Below are positions 59,213 to 64,000 of a stretch of DNA of 64,000 nucleotides, one piece after another. A model generated the notes under the pieces. That model was not told where the DNA came from, searched no databases, and was given only the letters and a program-made list of their open reading frames with translations. Location of the stretch: the NCBI GenBank assembly GCA_023418595.1, contig JAEZZI010000030.1, positions 124,911 through 188,910 on the forward strand, written 5' to 3'. The DNA is from Pseudomonadota bacterium. Its GTDB lineage: Bacteria > Pseudomonadota > Alphaproteobacteria > Sphingomonadales > Sphingomonadaceae. Position 1 is the stretch's first letter. Every line of letters starts with the position of its first letter. A program made the position numbers and the translations under genes.

Positions 59213-59941
59213 TTATTCAGCGATTGCTGCTGCGTCCGCCTCGGCGGTCTGCGAACCACCGCGGCCGAGCAGGTCGGCGATCTTCTTGCCACGACGCTGC
59301 GCGACCGACTTCGGCGAGGTCTGCTCGCCAAGCGCTTCGAAGGTCGCACGGATCATGTTGTAGGGGTTCGACGTACCGACCGACTTGGTCACCACGTCCG
59401 CGACGCCCAGCGATTCGAAGATGGCGCGCATCGGGCCGCCCGCGATGATGCCGGTGCCCGGAGGCGCCGTGCGGACGGTCACGCGACCCGCACCGAAATG
59501 GCCGTTGCCATCGTGATGCAGCGTGCGGCCTTCCTTCAGCGGAATGCGGACCATCGCCTTCTTGGCAGCCGCCGTCGCCTTCGAAATGGCTTCCGGCACT
59601 TCGCGTGCCTTGCCATGACCGAAGCCTGCACGGCCCTTGCCGTCGCCGACGACGACCAGAGCTGCAAAGCCGAAGCGCTTGCCGCCCTTCACGGTCTTCG
59701 AAACGCGGTTGATGTGGACCAGCTTTTCGATCAGCTCTTCGCCGCCATCGTCCGGGCCGCCGCGACGATTGTCGCGTCCACCACGATTGTCACGACCGCC
59801 GCGACCGCGATTGTCGCCGCCGGGGCCGCCACGACCGCGGCCACCACGGGGGCCACGGCCCTGCGGAGCGCCCGCATCGGGTGCGCCCGGTGCTGCACCG
59901 GTGGTTTCCGCAGGCGCGGTCTGGTTGTTTTCGTCAGCCAT
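59213..59941 (-). CDS. rpsE: 30S ribosomal protein S5 with ~70-aa RGG/RDNR-rich N-terminal extension
   Basis: 242 aa. The conserved core starts at [22 protein letters not shown]. It is preceded by [67 protein letters not shown]. Confidence 0.95.
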   Translation of the reverse strand: MADENNQTAPAETTGAAPGAPDAGAPQGRGPRGGRGRGGPGGDNRGRGGRDNRGGRDNRRGGPDDGGEELIEKLVHINRVSKTVKGGKRFGFAALVVVGDGKGRAGFGHGKAREVPEAISKATAAAKKAMVRIPLKEGRTLHHDGNGHFGAGRVTVRTAPPGTGIIAGGPMRAIFESLGVADVVTKSVGTSNPYNMIRATFEALGEQTSPKSVAQRRGKKIADLLGRGGSQTAEADAAAIAE

Positions 59942-59944
59942 GCC

Positions 59945-60301
59945 TTAAAACTCCAATCCGCCTTCGCGCGCCGCATCCGCCAGCGCCTTGACGCGACCGT
60001 GGAACAGGAAACCGCCACGATCGAACACGACCTGCGTCACGCCGGCCTTCTTCGCGGCTTCCGCCACGCGCTTGCCGACTTCGGCGGCTGCTTCCTTGTT
60101 CGCGCCCGCCTTGCCGCGCACGTCCTTGTCCAGCGTCGATGCGGCGGCAAGCGTCTTGCCTTCCGCGTCGTCGATGATCTGGGCATAGATGTGCTGGCCC
60201 GAACGGTGCACCGAAAGCCGCGGACGGCCCGATCCACGCGCACGAAGCGCGGTACGATTGCGGCGACGCCGCTTCTCGAAGAGTGAGAGACCCTTGGTCA
60301 T
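59945..60301 (-). CDS. rplR: 50S ribosomal protein L18
   Basis: 118 aa. Contains [20 protein letters not shown] ... [26 protein letters not shown]. Confidence 0.96.
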   Translation of the reverse strand: MTKGLSLFEKRRRRNRTALRARGSGRPRLSVHRSGQHIYAQIIDDAEGKTLAAASTLDKDVRGKAGANKEAAAEVGKRVAEAAKKAGVTQVVFDRGGFLFHGRVKALADAAREGGLEF

Positions 60302-60834
60302 TACTTCTTCTTCCCTTCCTTGCGGAAGATGAACTCGCCGTCATACTTGATGCCCTTGCCCTTATAGGGTTCGGGCTTGCGCCAACGACGGATCTCCGCG
60401 GCCATCTGGCCGACCTTCTGCTTGTCGATCCCCGAGATTTCGACCGTGGTCTGGTCGGGGGTCTTGATTTCGATGCCTTCCGGCACGTCCATATCGACGT
60501 CATGGCTGTAGCCGAGCTGCAACTTCAGCTTGCGACCCTGCGCGTTGGCACGATAGCCGACGCCGGTGATCAGCAGCTTCTTGGTAAAGCCCTCGGTCAC
60601 CCCCGTCACCAGGTTCTGAACCAGCGTGCGCTGCATGCCCCAGAACGCGCGAGCGCGCTTGGTGTCGTTGGCCGGCTGCACCGAAATGCCGCCATCATTG
60701 ACTTCATAGCTGATATTGTCGGCGAGCGGCATGGTCAGGGTGCCCTTGGGCCCCTTCACGCTCAGCACGCCGCCGTCGATGTTTGCAGTCACGCCCGACG
60801 GGACGGTGACGGCCTTCTTACCGATGCGGCTCAT
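60301..60834 (-). CDS. rplF: 50S ribosomal protein L6
   Basis: 177 aa, [16 protein letters not shown]... Confidence 0.96.
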   Translation of the reverse strand: MSRIGKKAVTVPSGVTANIDGGVLSVKGPKGTLTMPLADNISYEVNDGGISVQPANDTKRARAFWGMQRTLVQNLVTGVTEGFTKKLLITGVGYRANAQGRKLKLQLGYSHDVDMDVPEGIEIKTPDQTTVEISGIDKQKVGQMAAEIRRWRKPEPYKGKGIKYDGEFIFRKEGKKK

Positions 60835-61229
60835 CAGAACACCTCCGCCAGCACTTCGCCACCGACATTCTGTTCGCGCGCTTCGGCGTCGGACAGAACG
60901 CCACGCGGCGTCGATACGATGGTGATGCCCAGGCCGTTGCGGACGATCGGCAGTTCTTTCGACGCCGAATAGACCCGGCGACCAGGCTTCGAAACGCGCG
61001 CGACGTGCTTGATCGCCGGCTGCCCTTCGAAATATTTGAGTTCGATGCGGATGCCGGCGGCAGGCCCCATCTGCTCTTCGGAATAACCGCGAATATAGCC
61101 TTCGCGCTGCAGCACGTCGAGGACGCGGGCACGCAGCTTCGACGCAGGCGTCAGGACGGAGTCCTTGCGCGCGCGCTGGCCGTTGCGGATGCGGGTGAGC
61201 ATATCACCCAGGGGATCGGTCAAAGCCAT
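60834..61229 (-). CDS. rpsH: 30S ribosomal protein S8
   Basis: 131 aa. Contains [14 protein letters not shown] and a GGEVLAEVF end. Confidence 0.96.
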   Translation of the reverse strand: MALTDPLGDMLTRIRNGQRARKDSVLTPASKLRARVLDVLQREGYIRGYSEEQMGPAAGIRIELKYFEGQPAIKHVARVSKPGRRVYSASKELPIVRNGLGITIVSTPRGVLSDAEAREQNVGGEVLAEVF

Positions 61230-61240
61230 CTATCTGATCC

Positions 61241-61546
61241 TTACCAGCTCGACTTCACGACACCGGGGATCATGCCGCGATTAGCAAGATCGCGCAGCAT
61301 CACGCGTGCGAGACGGAATTTGCGATAATAACCGCGCGGACGCCCGGTCAGTTCGCAACGATTGCGGATGCGGGTCGGATTGCCGTTACGCGGCAGTTCC
61401 GCCATCTTCAGACGAGCGATCAGACGCTCGGTCTCATCCAGGCTTTCGTCGTTCGCGATCGCCTTCAGCTTCGCATATTTGGGCGCGTATTTCGCGACCA
61501 TCTTGCGACGCTTCTCGTTCTTGTTGATCGAACTCAGTTTCGCCAT
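61241..61546 (-). CDS. rpsN: 30S ribosomal protein S14 (long, non-zinc form)
   Basis: 101 aa. Contains [21 protein letters not shown] and ends ...IPGVVKSSW. Confidence 0.96.
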   Translation of the reverse strand: MAKLSSINKNEKRRKMVAKYAPKYAKLKAIANDESLDETERLIARLKMAELPRNGNPTRIRNRCELTGRPRGYYRKFRLARVMLRDLANRGMIPGVVKSSW

Positions 61547-61565
61547 GACTTAAGTTCTTCCTTCC

Positions 61566-62153
61566 TTACGCAGCTTGCTTCGCTTCGCCGTCCGCAGTTT
61601 CCTGCGGGAACGGGAAGCCGAAGAGACGCAGAAGCTCGCGCGCTTCCTCGTCGGTCTTTGCCGAAGTGGTGACGATCACGTCCATGCCGCGCACCTGATC
61701 GATGCGGTCATAGTTGATCTCGGGGAAAATCAGCTGTTCCTTGATACCGCAGGCATAGTTGCCACGACCGTCGAACGACTTGGGGTTCAGGCCACGGAAA
61801 TCGCGGACGCGGGGAAGCGCGATGGTGATGAACCGGTCGAGGAATTCGTACATGCGTTCGCGGCGCAGGGTGACCTTGCAACCGATCGCCATGCCTTCGC
61901 GGAGCTTGAACTGAGCGATCGACTTCTTCGCCTTGGTCACGACAGGCTTCTGGCCGGCGATCAGCTCCATTTCGGACGCTGCCTGGTCGACCTTCTTCTT
62001 GTCCTGCGTTGCTTCGCCGACGCCCATGTTCAGGACGATCTTTTCGATGCGCGGCACTTCCATGACGTTCTTGTAACCGAACTTCTCGGTCATCGCCTTG
62101 GCGATCTTGTCGTCATAGAGCGACTTCATCCGCGGCGTGTATTGATCAGCCAT
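61566..62153 (-). CDS. rplE: 50S ribosomal protein L5
   Basis: 195 aa. Contains [15 protein letters not shown] and [20 protein letters not shown]. Confidence 0.96.
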   Translation of the reverse strand: MADQYTPRMKSLYDDKIAKAMTEKFGYKNVMEVPRIEKIVLNMGVGEATQDKKKVDQAASEMELIAGQKPVVTKAKKSIAQFKLREGMAIGCKVTLRRERMYEFLDRFITIALPRVRDFRGLNPKSFDGRGNYACGIKEQLIFPEINYDRIDQVRGMDVIVTTSAKTDEEARELLRLFGFPFPQETADGEAKQAA

Positions 62154-62466
62154 TGATGACCTCCCCCGACTTCACGGCCACACGGACCTTCTTGCCGTCG
62201 CGCTCTTCGAAGCGGACGCGGGTGGGCTTGCCGTCCTTGGGATCGGCGAGTGCCACCTTCGAGATGTGCAGCGGCGCTTCCGAACGCTCCAGGCCACCCT
62301 GCGGGTTCGCCTGGCTCGGCTTGCGGTGACGCACGGCGACGTTGACGCCGGCGACGACGACCTTGCCGTCCTTCGGCATGGCCTTGGTGACCTCGCCGGT
62401 GCGGCCCTTGTCCTTGCCGGACAGGACGACGACCGTGTCACCCTTCTTGATACGAGCGGACGCCAT
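62146..62466 (-). CDS. rplX: 50S ribosomal protein L24
   Basis: Inner start [26 protein letters not shown] of tracked ORF 62146..62775. The ATG abuts the rplN stop. Confidence 0.95.
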   Translation of the reverse strand: MASARIKKGDTVVVLSGKDKGRTGEVTKAMPKDGKVVVAGVNVAVRHRKPSQANPQGGLERSEAPLHISKVALADPKDGKPTRVRFEERDGKKVRVAVKSGEVING

Positions 62467-62834
62467 TACAGCACCTCCGGCGCAAGGCTGATAATCTTCA
62501 TGTAACCGCGGCCACGCAGTTCGCGGACCACTGGGCCAAAGATACGGGTGCCGATCGGCTCCTCGTTCTTGTTCACAAGCACGGCGGCATTGCCGTCGAA
62601 CCGAATCACCGAACCGTCGGCGCGGCGGATGTCCTTGCGCGTACGGACGATGACGGCGCGGTGCACGTCGCCCTTCTTGACCTTGCCACGGGGAGCAGCT
62701 TCCTTGATGCTGACGACGATGACGTCGCCCACACCGGCCGTGCGACGCTTCGAGCCGCCCAGCACCTTGATGCACTGCACCCGCTTCGCGCCGCTGTTGT
62801 CAGCGACGTCGAGATTGGATTGCATCTGGATCAT
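62466..62834 (-). CDS. rplN: 50S ribosomal protein L14
   Basis: 122 aa, [28 protein letters not shown]. Confidence 0.97.
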   Translation of the reverse strand: MIQMQSNLDVADNSGAKRVQCIKVLGGSKRRTAGVGDVIVVSIKEAAPRGKVKKGDVHRAVIVRTRKDIRRADGSVIRFDGNAAVLVNKNEEPIGTRIFGPVVRELRGRGYMKIISLAPEVL

Positions 62835-62918
62835 CGATCCAATTCCTTCTCATATGGGCCCGATTTCTGACCGGAACCCGCCTTCTACACCCCCGCGAAC
62901 AGAGGCAGTTCGGATGGC

Positions 62919-63197
62919 TCAGGCTTCCGCCGCGGCCGCGACCTCTTCCGGCGTCGCATGGGTGTTGACCCGTGCGATGACCTTCCAGGTCTTCAGCTTG
63001 GAGATCGGCGCGGTCTCTTCGATCCGCACGGTTTCGCCAGCCTTGTACTCGTTGCCCTCGTCATGGGCATGATATTTCTTCGAACGACGGATGATCTTGC
63101 CATAGAGCGGGTGTTTCACCTTCCGCTCCACCAGCACGACCACGGTCTTGTCGCCCTTGTCGGAAACCACGTTCCCGGTCAGCACGCGCTTCGGCAT
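62919..63197 (-). CDS. rpsQ: 30S ribosomal protein S17
   Basis: 92 aa. Contains [25 protein letters not shown] and KKYHAHDE. Confidence 0.95.
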   Translation of the reverse strand: MPKRVLTGNVVSDKGDKTVVVLVERKVKHPLYGKIIRRSKKYHAHDEGNEYKAGETVRIEETAPISKLKTWKVIARVNTHATPEEVAAAAEA

Positions 63198-63209
63198 GGT
63201 TTCGTCCTC

Positions 63210-63413
63210 TTACTTTGCTTCCGAGCGCGAACGCTCGGCTTGCAGCGTCTTGATACGGGCGATGTCGCGACGGACTTCCTTGACCCGGCTCGACTTTTCG
63301 AGCTGGCTGGTCGCCGCCTGGAAGCGCAGGTTGAACGCCTCACGCTTCAGGTTGCCCAGCTCTTCCGACAACTGGTCGTCCGACTTGACCCGCAGATCAC
63401 TTGCTTTGGTCAT
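63210..63413 (-). CDS. rpmC: 50S ribosomal protein L29
   Basis: 67 aa. Contains [26 protein letters not shown]. Confidence 0.95.
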   Translation of the reverse strand: MTKASDLRVKSDDQLSEELGNLKREAFNLRFQAATSQLEKSSRVKEVRRDIARIKTLQAERSRSEAK

Positions 63414-63417
63414 CGCT

Positions 63418-63849
63418 TTAACCCTCCAGGTGCGTCGTATCGCCGAGGCGAGCGACGACCTTGACCTTGATCGGCAGCTTCATCGCCGCACGCTCGAACG
63501 CTTCCGCTGCGAGCGGACCGGCAACGCCGTCCAGCTCGAACAGGATGCGGCCGGGCTTGACGCGGGCTGCCCAATATTCAGGCGAGCCCTTGCCCTTGCC
63601 CATGCGGACTTCGGCGGGCTTCGACGACACCGGCACGTCCGGGAACACGCGGATCCACAACCGTCCCTGACGCTTGATGTGGCGCGTGATCGCGCGGCGG
63701 GCCGCTTCGATCTGGCGTGCGGTGATCCGGTCCGGCTCCATCGCCTTCAGGCCGTACGACCCGAAGTTCAGGCTGGTGCCACCCTTGGCTTCGCCGTGGA
63801 TGCGGCCCTTGAAGGCCTTGCGGAATTTGGTGCGCTTCGGTTGCAGCAT
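63418..63849 (-). CDS. rplP: 50S ribosomal protein L16
   Basis: 143 aa, [19 protein letters not shown]... Confidence 0.97.
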   Translation of the reverse strand: MLQPKRTKFRKAFKGRIHGEAKGGTSLNFGSYGLKAMEPDRITARQIEAARRAITRHIKRQGRLWIRVFPDVPVSSKPAEVRMGKGKGSPEYWAARVKPGRILFELDGVAGPLAAEAFERAAMKLPIKVKVVARLGDTTHLEG

Positions 63850-63860
63850 TTCTCTATTCC

Positions 63861-64000
63861 TTAGCGGCGATCTTCACGCGCGGGACGCACGCCGGAGGTC
63901 TGTGCCTCCATCATCAGCCGGTCCTGCGCCATCGGATCGTGGCCCAGGATCTCACCCTTGAAGATCCAGACCTTGATGCCGCACACGCCATATGCGGTGT
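63861..64000 (-). CDS. rpsC: 30S ribosomal protein S3 (C-terminal fragment; 5' part beyond the right edge)
   Basis: My own minus-strand translation reads ...[45 protein letters not shown], with the stop at complement 63861-63863. It is not in the ORF track because it has no start in the window. Confidence 0.85.
   Translation of the reverse strand, partial: TAYGVCGIKVWIFKGEILGHDPMAQDRLMMEAQTSGVRPAREDRR

Overview
This window is GC-rich chromosomal core DNA from an alphaproteobacterium. Gene order and content fit Sphingomonadaceae best: bamA-skp-fabZ has no lpxD, lpxA or lpxB, and L31 is the Cys-less alphaproteobacterial type. Nearly all of the window is housekeeping sequence.

Main gene clusters:
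- Minus strand, right end: the spc/alpha ribosomal-protein cluster, rpsC(partial)-rplP-rpmC-rpsQ-rplN-rplX-rplE-rpsN-rpsH-rplF-rplR-rpsE-rpmD-rplO-secY-adk ... rpsM-rpsK-rpoA-rplQ.
- Minus strand, middle: rpsB-tsf-pyrH-frr-uppS-cdsA-dxr-rseP-bamA-skp-fabZ-rpmE.
- Plus strand: a sulfur-assimilation operon, cobA-DUF2849-cysI-DUF934-cysH.
- Single genes: secA, dnaB, guaA, icd, psd-pssA, moaA, nadK, dcd, cdd, selO, tRNA-Asn, and assorted metabolic, transport and c-di-GMP genes.

I found no CRISPR array, prophage, integrase, transposase, toxin-antitoxin pair or recognisable defence system, and no clearly novel multi-gene system.

Structure not explained by the genes:
1. Sixteen long palindromic REP/BIME-like elements from several families. 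All are intergenic, and many sit between cistrons of universally conserved operons.
2. A two-gene insertion between adk and rpsM, encoding a secreted beta/gamma-crystallin-like protein and a secreted SRPBCC protein.
3. A CysJ-less sulfite-reductase operon with two translationally coupled DUF genes.
4. A PilZ gene whose RxxxR motif lies upstream of any canonical start codon.
5. Low-complexity extensions on ribosomal proteins S5 and S2.

The many long ORFs antisense to real genes are GC-driven shadow ORFs and were rejected. Start codons were chosen by eye from N-terminal conservation and Shine-Dalgarno context, and several remain uncertain.
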